From Mytilus edulis (Eukaryota): a stretch of DNA of 64,000 nucleotides. The notes beneath the pieces were generated by a model that saw only the letters and a list, made by a program, of their open reading frames with translations, was not told where the DNA came from and did not search any database. Position 1 is the stretch's first letter. The number at the start of each line of letters is the position of its first letter. The DNA lies in NCBI RefSeq assembly GCF_963676685.1, contig NC_092353.1, positions 12,958,001 to 13,022,000 on the forward strand, written 5' to 3'. The position numbers and the translations under genes were made by a program. Shown in pieces: positions 1 through 13,496 of the stretch.

Positions 1-37
1 AAGGCTGCTGTTTAATCCATATCGCGCAACTTTGATT

Positions 38-118
38 CGCACCCTTTATCGTATACCCTTTATCACACCCCTACCCTTTATCGCATACCCTTTATCACAC
101 CTTTACCCTTTTTCACAC
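38..118. repeat. Short degenerate tandem repeat (about 13-14 bp, CGCATACCCTTTAT-like)
   Basis: ACCCTTTATC motifs recur several times in the first 120 bp. Confidence 0.55.
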
Positions 119-388
119 CAAACTCTAAAAGATTTCATATTTTTTGGCACACTAAATGCAACTATAAAAAATACAAAACACACAAAAAATACAAAAATAA
201 ACAAAATATTTTTAAAACAACAGCACGCAAATTGTAAGGTAAGCTAGGTGCTTTGGATAAGTAATTCAACAGTTCTTTTAAGTCCTTTTAAGGCTTTTAG
301 TAGAACTGAAGGTAACCTAGTGCTATGGATCAGAAAACAGTTCATATAATATAACTCTCCTGTTGATATATATGATAAAGCGTATAAA

Positions 389-513
389 ACATGGCAAAAT
401 CTGTATCACATGCCGTATCACCCTCGACCAATATCATTCCTCAGGCCTAAAGGTCCTTGGGCTGATATCGGTGTCTCGGGATGATACGACATATGCTACG
501 GATTTTGCCATGT
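389..513. repeat. Small palindromic (hairpin) MITE-like element in an intron
   Basis: ACATGGCAAAATCTGTATCACATGCCGTATCA at 389 is the imperfect inverse complement of TGATACGACATATGCTACGGATTTTGCCATGT ending at 513. Confidence 0.65.
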
Positions 514-542
514 ATTATTCTCTATATATTATATATACATAC

Positions 543-3500
543 ACACAGAGGGCATGGAAGAGCCTAGCATATCCTTCACACACACTGCTTTTAGATTTTA
601 GTACATCAATTGGCTCTCTAGCGGCTGATTCCCCACCAAAGTAAGCTGTGGCATTGTAACTGAAAGTAAATGTAACATATACAAATTTGTCTGACCATTA
701 TATGCTTTATTGATTCTTTTTAAACATCTTTACATAACAGCACACTGGTAAACGTAATTTAACTGAAAAAAAATTCAACAAACAAACTGCTGATGTTTTT
801 CTACAATGATTTTCTGCGAATTCATTCGCATATCGGTAATATGTTTACAAATTAAAAATATTATCGGAAGTTTATCGACACCAGCATAAATATTTTAACC
901 TGTGGAGAATATTAATCGCAGATGATCATACAAATACATATCATAGCTTTCATAACTACAGTCTCATTTCCCCCGCTTATGGCATTTCAACACAAAATAT
1001 TTCACTTTTAATTAGTAACACGACAAGGCACATTAATCTGATTCAAAGCTGCGTAATCCCTCTTTATTTTAAGTAAGTTTGGTATTTGTTCCTACTTATA
1101 CATATAATGAGTGTTCTACACATGACAATCACAGTCAATTCTGAACCTCCTCTCAAACGTGTGTTCTCAAGATCTGTATTTGTGAGGATATTTCTATTTT
1201 CTTACAAAGGCAAATTTCACTCACATCAATGTTACGTGAATTTAAATTCATGTGAATCTCACCTCAAACGAGCTTATACATGAAACTCACGTGAAATTCC
1301 GTTTTTGTGAGTTTCATGTGAATCTCATGTGGAACTCATGTGAATTTCATATGAAAATCACGTAATTTTTTCATGTGAAATTCACATTTAAAATAGAGTA
1401 TTTCAAATAACATCTAAATTTTCAAATATAATCAAAATCATGAAAAATATCAATTATTTTGTTGTAAATTTCACGTGAAATTCATGTGAAAAAATCTCAA
1501 TTCACGTGAAATTCGCATGAAAATTTTCACGTGAGTTTCATGTATAAGTTCGATTGAGGTGAATCTCACGTGAAATGTTTCTTGTGAATTTCATGTGAGA
1601 TTCATGTGAAATTCATGTGAACAAATTTTGCCTGTGTATCACTGTCGATTTCTTTCCTTTATAAAACAGCAGAACTGAGCTAGGCTTAAATATCGATCGT
1701 TTGATTGTTATCAAAATTTCCTAGACTTAATTTTATCTTACCTGATATTATTGCAGATCCACACATAAAAAGATCGGATGGTCTCTAGTTCACTTTTGGC
1801 AGGTTTTGACAGGTAGTCAGCAAGTTCGTCGATGGAGTTTTCAACAGACTTTGGCGTCTAAAGATGAATTTTGTATGTAAATGAAGTTGGTGTTAACTAT
1901 TAAATACTTGGCATTTTTTACATTTTATAAAAACTTGTATATTAAAGAAGACTAGTTATTTTGGAAACGGTTTTGTATTGAGGTGAGTGCTCCATATGCA
2001 TATTACAATTATGACATGTCATTATCCATCTTTCATACAATCTCATGTACACGTATTTATTTTGATCACTTAGTACATCTTAATTAACGATGTCATCGTC
2101 CTCAATGCGTATGATTAAAAGAGAGACAGTCAAACTCATAAATCGAAAATAAACTGACAACGCCATGGCTGAAAATTAAAAAAGACAAACAGACAAACAA
2201 AAGCACACATGACACAACATAGAAAACCAAAGAATAAGCAACACGAACCCCACAAAAAACTAGGGGTGATTCCAGGTGATCCGGAAGGGTAAGAAGATCC
2301 TGCTCCACATGTAGCACTCGTCGTGTTGCTTATGTTATAACAAATCCGGATATAGACTAATTCGGTAGGTCACATTCATTAAAGGGAAGGGGATTGTAGT
2401 TACGACGTAAGGAACATATCCTATATCATTTGTGAAACGGTTCAACCAACTTGTGATGGCGTCCGTAAAATGTACGAAGGGATGATTTCAACTTCACCAT
2501 TTGGAACTCTAGGTTTAATAGCTTCCTTTTGAGCAGCAACCCTCTATCAAGAAAATCGTGATAGGAAATGCAAGCACGGGAATATCGTATTAATTTTCTT
2601 AAATGGTTTATTTTATAATAATATATACATGTAGAACATGTATATTTGTGAATTTGTTTGCGTCAGTTGATATTGTTCTTACACAGCGTATGAGAACACC
2701 ACAACCATGATTTAGTGTCATAAAACATGGGACTGGTTTTTGATATTAAGTTATGTGATAACATTCAAGCTGCCAAGTACAGGCTTACCGAATATACTAC
2801 AACTTTAACTGAGAATTACAAAACTTTAAAAGGAAACAATACACAATGAATTGCATCGTTCTGGTAAATATATTATCACCAATTCGTAACTATTGAGAGA
2901 CTGAAAGTCATGTGGGGTCCTTTTAATCAGAAGACATGAATTTATATCTTTTATTCCTGTTGCAAGTAAACTCGGTAATTTCTGATATTTTAAAAAGATT
3001 TAATAGAAATATAGTGTGTTAATCAGATATGATTTATGCAATTCGATGCCTTGTGGTGAAATATGTTTGTGCATATGTATTCATGTTATTTAATGTATGA
3101 TACACCACAATATTAAAGGAACATTAATACAATCAATTTAAAGAAAACAGATGATAAAAACTTAAATTAAATGTATAAGAAAAGAAAGAAACTATTGTTA
3201 CAATTTGTCAAAAGATATAACATTTTAAAAACTATTGATCGAGGTGTTTAGTGAATAATCTTGTTTTTAATAATTGATAAAATATAGGGTTGTTGAGTAA
3301 CATCATGTTATGTATAGACTACATAAAGACATAAGGGGTTCAACAATATTAAATTAAAAGGTTAAATGACTAGCAATTATTATTATTATCATTAACGTTA
3401 TACCAGGAAACTTGAAACTTTGATGAGACTAAGATTTTGTTTTCATATTGCTTGGTCTGTACAATCTTAGAAATCTTCAATATGAACTACATTTTGTTCA

Positions 3501-3959
3501 TGTTAAACATGTTTATAAACATGTTAAACAAATTAAAGTATTCGCTGCGTTTAAAGTATCTCTTTGTGTGTATTTTCTTTACAAAAGCAAATGAAATAAA
3601 AGTAAAAAATTTGAAAAGAAAAGACAACAACATGACTCAACCATCGAAAGTCAATTTTGACTGAGGCGTGTTTTCCTTTTTGAAAAAATAACAAAACTAA
3701 ATACCTGTCTGGCATGTTCATCTATATCTTTGAATTCGTCGAAGTCAAGTTTGAAATCATCAGATTTTGCTGACGGTTTTACTTTATCACTGATCGGTGT
3801 TCTGGTTTTGTCATTGTTCGATGTCTTTACTTTTGACGACTTTACAATTTGTGATTTATTGACAGCTGTTGCATAATTGGGATTTCCTCCAACTTCCTTA
3901 GTTTGAACTTTTTCGATTGACTGTTCCGTGCCAGATGACGAAGATGAACCACATCCCAT
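543..3959 (-). CDS. Kyphoscoliosis peptidase/hillarin-like transglutaminase-fold protein, paralog B (3'-partial; coding exons 3959-3705, 1857-1742, 659-543; last exon lies left of the window)
   Basis: GT-AG spliced exons join in frame: MGCGSSSS...DIDEHARQ | TPKSVENSIDELADYLSKPAKSELETIRSFYVWICNNI | SYNATAYFGG...VLKSKSSVCEGYARLFHALCV. VCEGYA is the catalytic-Cys motif of the KY/hillarin/CYK3 family. The 116- and 117-nt exons match paralog A exactly in size. Confidence 0.85.
1205..1636. mobile_element. MITE with about 22-bp imperfect TIRs, TA flanks and an internal array of TTCACGTGAA/TTCATGTGAA palindromes
   Basis: Left end TA|CAAAGGCAAATTTCACTCACAT; the right end reverse-complements to TA|CACAGGCAAAATTTGTTCACAT. 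The interior is built largely of TCAYGTGA units. Confidence 0.7.
2117..2590 (-). mobile_element. 5'-truncated Penelope-like retroelement fragment (3' end)
   Basis: High similarity to 42400-42895, the 3' UTR and RT C-terminus of the long copy in this window. Confidence 0.85.
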
Positions 3960-5289
3960 GGCTACAGGTTAAATTATTAGTATCTCTGAAACAGTTAAGG
4001 TTCCCATTAGGATTTGACGGAACCAAATCGTTTAGACTGATAACATTATTTAAAATCAATTGCAATATATGTAAAGTTTAAATTCAAATATTTTGTTTCA
4101 TTATTATTCTGCATAATCATGTATTTGTATTGATTTTTAACAGATTAAACTGTCATCATGCATATTTATATAGACAAATATATGTACGTGGAATAGATAT
4201 GACTTACCTAAGATAGTAAAGGTCGTCTACATTACTGGAAACTTCTCGATATTGAAGTAAACGACGATCAAATTAAAAGCCGCTATATCTTTTAAATTTT
4301 GATGTTTATAATTATATATATATATATATTTGTTTTTCAGTTGTAAATCCTTAACAACTAAATGTGTAAAAAAACTCTCATTTACTTAAGTAAATATTTG
4401 TTAATTAGATCATGTTTTGAGATCAATTTAAACAGTTAAAAAACAAAATCGTACGAATTTAGATTTCGACTTGGTTTTTTGTTTGTTCAGGGATAAATAG
4501 TACGGTGTCAAGTAGGTTATATACATGTATATGTAAACAGAATAATAGAACGAACAGTCACCTATATTGTACATCACGAAAAACTTTAGTCTTGTTTTTA
4601 AGATAGATATCATGATATTCGATGAAAGCCTTGGATGAAGTGGTGTACATTAACATTGCCAATTAAAATTATAGTTAAGATCAATAGGGGTTTTTAAAAA
4701 TAACACTTATTAACATTGAGATGAGTAATGCATACAACATTTAATGGAATCAAGCTCCGGAAATGTTGTTTAAATCTAGTGTGTTACGTTTTTTGTCTGA
4801 TTACCAGAGCACGGTGACCTATACCCTTGCTTTACACACGTGAAAAATGACAAAATCTACAACAAATAGTTCCTGAATTTTATTCAATTTTAGATTGTGA
4901 AATGCAATAATATTTGACAACATGCATGTACATTTTAAAAAACTGTGATTAACATCAAATGAAAAAAATAAACAAGAAATGGGAACACTAATGATAAAAA
5001 ACAATTTAAGTTTCATTGAAAAGATAACTATAGTTTGGAGGCGTAAAAGGCAACAGAATAAGTATAACTCATTTAAAACAAGAACAATGTCCATTTAATA
5101 CCTTTTTCAACGTCGACATCCATGGCCACGTTTAAATGCACATAACTTAGGATATATTTTAACAATAGAAACACTTTTTAATAAATTTCAATGACATTGT
5201 CAAGTTAGTTGTTTTTTGTTTTTGTTCTAAAGTGTTACATACATTGTAAGCCAGCTTTTTTAGCCAGCTTTAGCCTATCAGGAAATACA

Positions 5290-5572
5290 AAAAAGAAGAT
5301 TTGGAATGATTGCCAATGAGGCAACTGTCAACAAGAGACCAAAATGACACAGACATTAACAACAATAGGTCACCGTACAACTGTTTCTACAGACTTATAA
5401 TCTTTCAATGCTTTTAACTGTGGCACGAAAAAGTGTTTATAATATTTCACTTCCTTTGCTGGTACGTGTACCTTTTTTAACGACCTATAGTTCAACTTGT
5501 TAATGTCTGTGTCATTTTGGTCTTTTGTGGACAGTTGTCTCATTGGCAATCATACTATATCTTCTTTTTTAT
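5290..5572. repeat. Inverted pair of a short interspersed repeat (third copy at about 63403-63590)
   Basis: AAAAGAAGAT...GATTGCCAATGAG...GACCAAAATGACACAGACATTAACAAC at 5290-5380 and its reverse complement at about 5460-5572; the same sequence occurs at about 63403. Confidence 0.7.
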
Positions 5573-5651
5573 ACATACAAATTTCGATAACTTCTCTATT
5601 GTATCTTTTGCTGTTTTAGGGCATGAACGGCTAAATGTTTATCCTCTAAAT

Positions 5652-6030
5652 TACATTTGAAAATGCCTGTACCAAGTCAGGAATATGACAGTTCTTGTCC
5701 ATTCGTTTTTGATGCGTTTTGTTATTTAATTTTGCCATGTGATTATGGACTTTCCGAATTGATTTTCCTCTGAGTTCAGTATTTTTGTGATTTTACTTTT
5801 TACAAGATTCGTTGTAAGCTCTAAGATGTATCCAAAAATGTAATTAATCTCTGTCATACATAACAGATTGAAGTAACAGAAATAGTAAAATAACAAAAAT
5901 ACTGAACTCCGAAGAAAATTCAAAACGGAAAGTCCCTAATCAAATCGCAAATTCAAATGATAAAACACATGAAACGAATGGACAGCAACTGTCCTATTCC
6001 TGACTTGGTACAGACATTCTCAAATGTAGA
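5652..6030. repeat. Inverted pair of a second interspersed repeat family
   Basis: TACATTTGAAAATGCCTGTACCAAGTCAGGAATATGACAG...TGAGTTCAGTATTTTTG (5652-5800) is mirrored at 5881-6028; a partial copy lies at about 16675-16750. Confidence 0.7.
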
Positions 6031-6870
6031 AATTGGTGAATTTAACCTGGTTTTATAGCGCTAAACCTCTCACTTGTATGACAGTCGCATCAAATTCCAT
6101 TTTATTTATAACGATGCGTGAACAAAACAGACATAATAGGTTAAATTGTCAAAATAGGGATACAGCCATCAATACCGTGTCACAATCTCCATCAGAACAA
6201 AACAAATATATAACAAAGAAGCACAAAAAGGACGATATAATGAATAAAGCGAAGAATTCGTGGGAGGTGTCATGAAACAGGGAACAAGGGAAGCGTAATT
6301 TCAATGTTTGTTTTCGATCGCCAGCTAAATTTTAGATTGGATGATTTATGTTTGATATTTCGCAGTCAAAACAATTTCGTTTGCATGAATGCGTATAATT
6401 TTAAAAAGAAACATTATATGTTTTCTTGATAACCTGATTTACATGTGCCCCGCATGAAACTTACTGTTTTATTAAAAAAAGAAAAATCACCGTTTGAAAT
6501 CTATTTACGAAATATTTTCTTCATGTCTTGATCTAAGCTCATTTTAGCATGGGTAGGCATTGTATATGACTATAATTTACCAATGGCGTTAGCTTGTACA
6601 CAAACTTTTATTTTAGCAACTAGAATATACATGTATTTATATATGTTATCAATATAAAAATGAAAAAAAACAGGAATGTAAATAGTAAGTTTTTGCGCAT
6701 GTGTCACATATATTTTGTGCTAATTAAAACACGGTTTTGTTTACAAAACGATATATGGACGTCACATTGGATATTGGAATAGTACATGAGCAGTAACAAC
6801 GATCCTTTAAGAAAAATAAATTTTACTATTGTATTAAGATGTAATTGAAATAAATGAATATGTGAATACT

Positions 6871-9800
6871 TCAATCTATCACATATTGGTATATGTAGGA
6901 ATAACTGTTTACGTTGTTGTCTGCTTTTGCGGATACAGTTACGACACCTGAGTCATTAGTCTTTAAAGTGATGTCCCATAATTGATCATTTTCTTTTTTA
7001 TACACCTTGCCATCGATTAAGAGTTCTTGAATCACAGGAGAAGACATTACAAAACGAACATTTGAATTGGACGGGATATTACGTGCAAGCGGCTCGATAA
7101 GATGGCAATTGTATTCAGCTGTAGTGGAGTATGTTTGAGGAAATGGAGTTGGAATTGTCGCTGCTTTTTTGTTCAGAACTAGAATATTCATTGCTTCACT
7201 ATATGTGTCGCTGCCTTCTAACTCGCTAAAGAGTGTAATTTTGTAGTATCCCTTACTTACAAAACGTGCTCTTACACAAACTGAATTATTCGATTGTTCA
7301 ACCATGACAAAATCTGAGCTTCTGCTTCCGTCTGTTTCAAATATATCTGCGGAACACTTAAATGTCTTATTCGTCTTCATTGTTAATTCAAATTCGCCGT
7401 TTTGACATATTTGAAAAGCTGAAATCGACTCGGAATTTGCAAAACCTCGAAGTTTACAATTATTTGACGGACCATAGAAACCACCATGTTCAGGATAAGG
7501 CATAAATTCGTTCTCTATAGACGTACATTCTATTGAATACTCTGTCAGATTAGGCATTACATGTTGTGATTCATCAACTGTACCAAATATCTGCAGCATA
7601 TACTTTCCGGTTTTCCTTGGTGTGATGGTAATTGTGTAATTTGAATTATTGTTTTTAATTATTACTACAGATTCGTTGCATAGTTCTCTGCTACTACCAT
7701 AAAGATTCACACTGACATTTGTCAAAGAGATTTGTTTCGATTCCATTGATATTGAAGCCTTTCTGTCAACTTTGACAACCTCATTTGTATAAGATGGAAA
7801 CATAACACCCCATTCTCTTGCAACATGTGTTGTTTTCAAAGTTTTTGAAAATTCTTCAAGAGATACCGGTTTTCTAAGAAGTTGCCACTCCTTGCTTCCC
7901 TCTACGTCATTATTGATGTAAGGAAAATGATCTTCTATGAAATGTTCCGGTTTTGTTAAAAAATAGAAATTTGAAAATTTCTTTACGAATGTTCTTTTGT
8001 TATCTATATGACCAGCTCCCCATGTCGTCTCTATAAATCTCCATTTTCCAGAAACGAATACAATATTCCAAGCATGATCTGTTTTGTTTTGATGAGATAA
8101 GATAGTTCCAAGCTGATGACCATACCCTTTCGAGAATCCACTGATCTTTTGGCATTTTATGTTCTTTGCCCTGAAACAAAATGCTATATATACTAATATG
8201 TTCATCGAAAACAGGAAATAGAACAAGATTGTGATAAATGTTTATTCCCCAAATTCAAACATTCATTTGATATTAAGGTAGGTCACTACACTACGATCAT
8301 TAACCTTTATTGTTTTTGTTGTATACATTATGATGATCAGCATGATAAGAGATTGAGGCAAACATATAAAATTTACTGTGTGAACATAATCAAAGAACAT
8401 TTATAAAATTAACACGATGTGATAAATTGTATACAATGACTTGATTAAATACTATGTGTTTAAAATCAGAAATTAACATTATTGAATTACAGCATTTTAT
8501 GTGCATCGTGACTAATTTAGTATATTTACGCTGTACATACACACAAAGGGCTTGGAAGAGCCTGGCATATCCTTCACAAACACTGCTTTTTGATTTTAAT
8601 ACATCACTAGGTTCTGTGACTGCGGATGTCCCACTAAAGAAAGCTGTTGCATTGTAGCTACAAGAACAGGTAAATGAAAATCTCAATATTTTAAAGACCT
8701 TCGTATGAATTATGAATAATCTTGATTTATTTGTACAAATAGAATATCATGCAATAATTTGTCTCTGTATAAATTATTTTCTCTGGCAATTTATAATCTA
8801 ACCCTATCTAGACACATTGTTAAAAATAATTAACCAACGCGATGTCGTCTATTCCGATATCTCTGTAGTTGTAGTTTAAAGTACGTCACATCCTTTAGCT
8901 CTCGGGATAAATAGAAATGTGCGTTAAAGGTGTTACAAAATTGGCATCCTTATATGTGTAGAAAAATGAGATGTTGAACGCACTCGAATGGAATACCAGT
9001 TATCAAAAATAAAAATTATATTGGTTAATCAATAGGCAAACAGGATGTATCATAGTTATTTATGGGTTATCGGAGTTTTTCCAATCTCAATAGCTAAATG
9101 ATCGATTTATAAAGACCTGGACGAGGCTCGGTTCTCAAAAATTCGAGAATTTAACTATCTCTATCTAACATGTCTAATGCTGGAATTCTCCAAGAAATAA
9201 TGTGCTACAATTTACTTTTACTTATTCAATTAATAACAAACATAAAATGTTAAGATGGAAATTACTCCATTATATCCTCCCATGTAAACAATTATTACTA
9301 CAATGGAACATACAAAATACAAGTATGTGTGACCTGTTTTACTTGACTGAGGTTTAGGGAATTCTCGAATGTCAATTCTTTCAGGAATTTTGGAAGAAAA
9401 TATATGTACTTGTAAGCAAAATCAAGATTGGGTCCAATATTTAATTTCAAAACTTTATTACTGGCTATAAAATACATGATCCTGTGTATCACGATATAAA
9501 CCTCTTCCTAACTATCTTAATATATTCAATTCATAAAAGTACTCCTATATCAAACTATAAACAAAAAGGCAGAGAAACTTATGCAGTTTTCATAAATGAC
9601 TTTTTAAACAAATACGAAATCAACAAATATATTAATGCTAAAACAGCAAATTTTTAAATTATAAAAAAAGATACATATGATCACGAATGGCTAGATATAA
9701 AAAACTTTCATGTATAGAACATTTTAGCCAAAGTTGTTGATAATGCATCTGAACACGTGGCAATAAACCAAAACAGCATGCTTACTGAAAACGAATGTAC

Positions 9801-11482
9801 AAATTTGTTGTCTCCAAACTCATGTATGCATAATTAATCAAATGAATGTTCAATGAGAATGTCGAGACTTACCACATACAATTTTAAACTAAAGTTTAAG
9901 TTTTTCGTGAGAATCAACAAAACGCATAAATTGTTCAGGACAATTGATCAATCAGCTTTAACGGTTTTCAACAAAAAGGTTAAGTTCAATTATCACAAAG
10001 TTTTAATCTTTAGGAACAGAACCGGACAAAACTGTACAATTTCCGTAATCATGGTACAATATATTTTGAAAAATGTATGTAATAACAATGATTTGTAAAA
10101 CTAACAAACTATCCTTAAATATGAATTCACTGAATAAACTCCCTGGTTATCCAGTGACTTATGCACAGGGATACTCGGCCAACTACTGTCAAAACAGCAA
10201 AGAAAAGTGCAATAAAGATATTATTTTGGGGGGAAAAAAGAAAAAAAAGGAATTCTCTCTCGCTTTTTTTTGTTGAACTAAACTATACCTACCGTTCATC
10301 TTTAACATAGTCAAGGATTACATATTATGCATACCTTATATTATTACAAATCCAAACATAAAAAGATCGAATGGTCTCTAGTTCACTTTTGGCAGGTTTT
10401 GCTAGGTAGTCAGCAAGTTCGTTGATGGAGTTTTCAGCAGACTTGGGGGTCTACAGATATAATTTGTTCAATTAAACTAAATTAAAAATATGCATTTGTA
10501 GTAATCGATAATTTGTTTTCGTCTTAGACATAACTTAAATTGCAACCAACTAGTAATACTGTATGTAAAACATGTAATAAAATAAAAATTTGAAACTGGT
10601 ACAATCTATACGTATTTCGGATCAGTGTGACCCTTGCTCCTATATGTTATTCGAAGATTCTCAAACACACACAAATCTACCATGTGTATAAAATTATGTC
10701 GTATTTGAAATGACAGTGTTTGGTAATGGTCTTTCTTATGTTGAATGTAATCAGCATTTAGCAATCTATGTTGACCAGACAGCGCCGTGCTATCCCGAGG
10801 AGACTGACACGTATTTTCCTGTACTCAAAGCAAGTGGAAATATATGATAATTACGTGTATAGTAAACACAAATACTGATGTAGTTGTCGTTGATCTACTC
10901 AGATAGCTAAATGTAGACATGCTATGGATTGCGTTTGGCATAGGAAATGTCTTATCGGGCATTCATTGGTTGTGATATTGTTTATGGTTTTGTTAATGAA
11001 GACACACGTCAGTGGAACACAAAATTAATGTGGCTTATGATCATATCAATAATTTAGACTATAAGGGTGTTAGAGAAAAAAATTGGTATCATCCATGATG
11101 TGTAAACTTTCGTCGTCACTGATAGTGTTGCCTACACGCTTACGGATATCATTTCAATCAGATGAAATATTTTCGGTAGAGGGTAAACCCCACTTGCACA
11201 GGATTTACGACAGTCGGTTTTCCATCGACGGCTTAAATGATATGCATGCCACAACCAAAGAATATACTTGTTAAGTATTATTACAGTTTGACATGGTTTA
11301 TATCAGAAAAGACAGACATGCACTCCATATTTAAATTGTTTTCCAGTTCTTGCTCTAAATTCATTTTAAATAGCTTAAACGCATTTATAAATTCAGTATA
11401 GTTTAATACCTGCAAGGCATGATCGTCTATTGATTTCAAGTCATTATATGTGATTTTCAGATCAGAGGACACATATTTAGAT
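6871..11482 (-). CDS. Kyphoscoliosis peptidase/hillarin-like transglutaminase-fold protein, paralog A (exons 11482-11410, 10450-10335, 8657-8541, 8170-6871; start exon not identified)
   Basis: Canonical splice sites with consistent phases. Motifs VCEGYARLF (Cys), GFSKGYG, DHAWN (His), WRFIETTWGAG, FYFLTKPEHFIEDHFP, followed by repeated beta-sandwich (Ig-like) segments; stop at 6871-6873. The first 18 or so residues of the 451-aa ORF-track entry are intronic. Confidence 0.88.
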
Positions 11483-12128
11483 CTGAAACTAAAATGAAAG
11501 ATTTGTTTATGGTTTTATAACAGTAATTGCTGTAGTATTATTCGATGATCTGTATTCTTCTCAATTTTATTTTTCTATATTCAATTAAATGTAAGTTTCA
11601 TTTCTGCTAATTGCTTGAACTTTCTCTGAATTTTTGTTTTGGCTTCGTGGTACTTTCACTACATGAATGATACAAAGTTTATATTGCTTGTTCCTATGGT
11701 ATTGATTAGTACTTTACTTTTGCGCGTTTCCATACAGTTCTTACAACTAAATATGGGTTATTAAAACCAACAGAAATTTTGAGTGACTACGTCACTTTCA
11801 AGAAATTTGTAATTGATGTCTCAGCATATTATGCTCGGATTAAACTGAGAGAACGATAAACATTTGCAATAGAAAACTTGCTTTTTCTAACATTGTAGGA
11901 TTTAGGCGTGTAACCTGTATACAACGTATGAGTCTCATAAAACCATTGTCTAGGCTATTGAAATGAACGGGGAAATATATCATGTAAAGGGATATGAATA
12001 CATGTGTGTATGCATTGTAAATCGTTTTAAGTAATTGAATATACAAAATGTAGTTCATGTCATTACTTTTATTTTATGAATGCTTTCTAGCACCGCTCGA
12101 TTAATTGAATTATTTAATGCATTTACCA

Positions 12129-12453
12129 TTGATTTATTGTTGTAGTGAACATAGCTTGACCGTTTTGTATACCTTTACCTTTGAATATTGTTTTAGGGAT
12201 CATAGCTTGATATACTTGTATACGTTTAGCTTTGGTGTATAGTTGTAGTGATCAAAACCTGAGCGTCTTGTATAGCTTTACTTTAAAATAAGTTTTTAAG
12301 TGGTCATAGCTTGACCGTCCTGTATACCTTTGCCATTGGTTATTGATGTAGTGAAGAAAGCTTGATCGTCTTGTATAGCTTTATTGTTGGTTTATTGTTA
12401 TAAGTGATCATAGCTTGACCTTCTTGCATACCTCTACCTTTGGTTTATTGTTT
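12129..12453. repeat. Minisatellite, about 52-bp unit, about 6 copies
   Basis: The unit CATAGCTTGACCGTCTTGTATACCTTTACCTTTGGTTTATTGTTGTAGTGAT recurs at about 52-bp spacing with divergence. Confidence 0.75.
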
Positions 12454-12659
12454 TGGAACTGTATACGTTATTCTTATACGACGACCTTTTATCGCCAGCC
12501 AGTATAATCGCAGTAAATCTACTTTCAGTGCAAGCGTATAAAACCACAAAACTGGCTGTTTCATCTTACGCCAAATTGAAGTATACTACAAGGTATTCAA
12601 TAAAGGAAAATTCTGCGAAATTTTATCGGCATGGCAACGAAACAAAGTGACGTCATATG

Positions 12660-13496
12660 TATATTTCTCCGTTAGAGATGGTATAAAGGGGGCAGCACAG
12701 CTATATATGTCAAGTATACATCCCATACACTAAGAAAGAAACAACCTCAAAATTTAAAACTTCTATTGCTCAAATAATAATAAACAGTGACATGGTCAAC
12801 ATTATAAGCCTATATGATGCATCAACAGACACAAAAGAAGATGATTATATAAATCCCTTGAATCAAATTGAAGGTACATTTATTATCTGTGGTGACTATA
12901 ATGCTCATCATTATATCTATGAGGAAGTAATATAACTGACACTATAGGTAACTCATTGCACAATGCTATTAGAAACAATAATATTATAGTTTTAAATGAT
13001 GGATCAGGTATTAGACAAAACCCCTCTGATCTACAATTGTCATGTATTGATATATCAATGTATAGTGTGCAGCTAGCACGGAAATTAACGTGGACAGTAG
13101 ATAATGAATCCTGATATGGTAATGACCATTTTGTAATTCAATTAACATTGAATCAAACCTCATCATAGCGAACAAGGGTTGATTTGGAACTATAAAAAGC
13201 TGATCGGGATGCGTTCGCCAGCTCATTTCATTAACAAGAAAGTGAGAGCATGGTTACCGACAATATTAATGAATTATGTACTCATCTCTCTAACACTATC
13301 ATTAAAATTGCTGATGAGCACACCCATTCTAAGAAAAGGAGGAAAAATAATAAACCAGAGGTACCCTGATGGAATGAAAACTGTAAAAAGGGTTGAAAAA
13401 GAACGCAATAAAGCTCGTAACAAAGTCAGACATACAGGGGTGGACATGATTATTTATCATACAAAGAAAAAGAAAATGATTGTAACGAACAACTAA
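12660..13496 (+). pseudogene. Degenerate non-LTR (LINE) apurinic endonuclease fragment
   Basis: Broken frames give GGSTAIYV, IICGDYNAHH (the APE GDFNAH motif) and VLNDGSG, with stops and frameshifts. Confidence 0.6.

Noticed and set aside
4498-4509. TAGTACGGTGTC as the missing left terminus of Academ-like element 1
   Set aside because: It is 32 kb away, has a mismatch, the match is short and host genes lie between; there is no other support.
12129-12453. CRISPR-like array
   Set aside because: The units are degenerate along their full length with no unique spacers, there are no cas genes, and the context is eukaryotic; this is a minisatellite.
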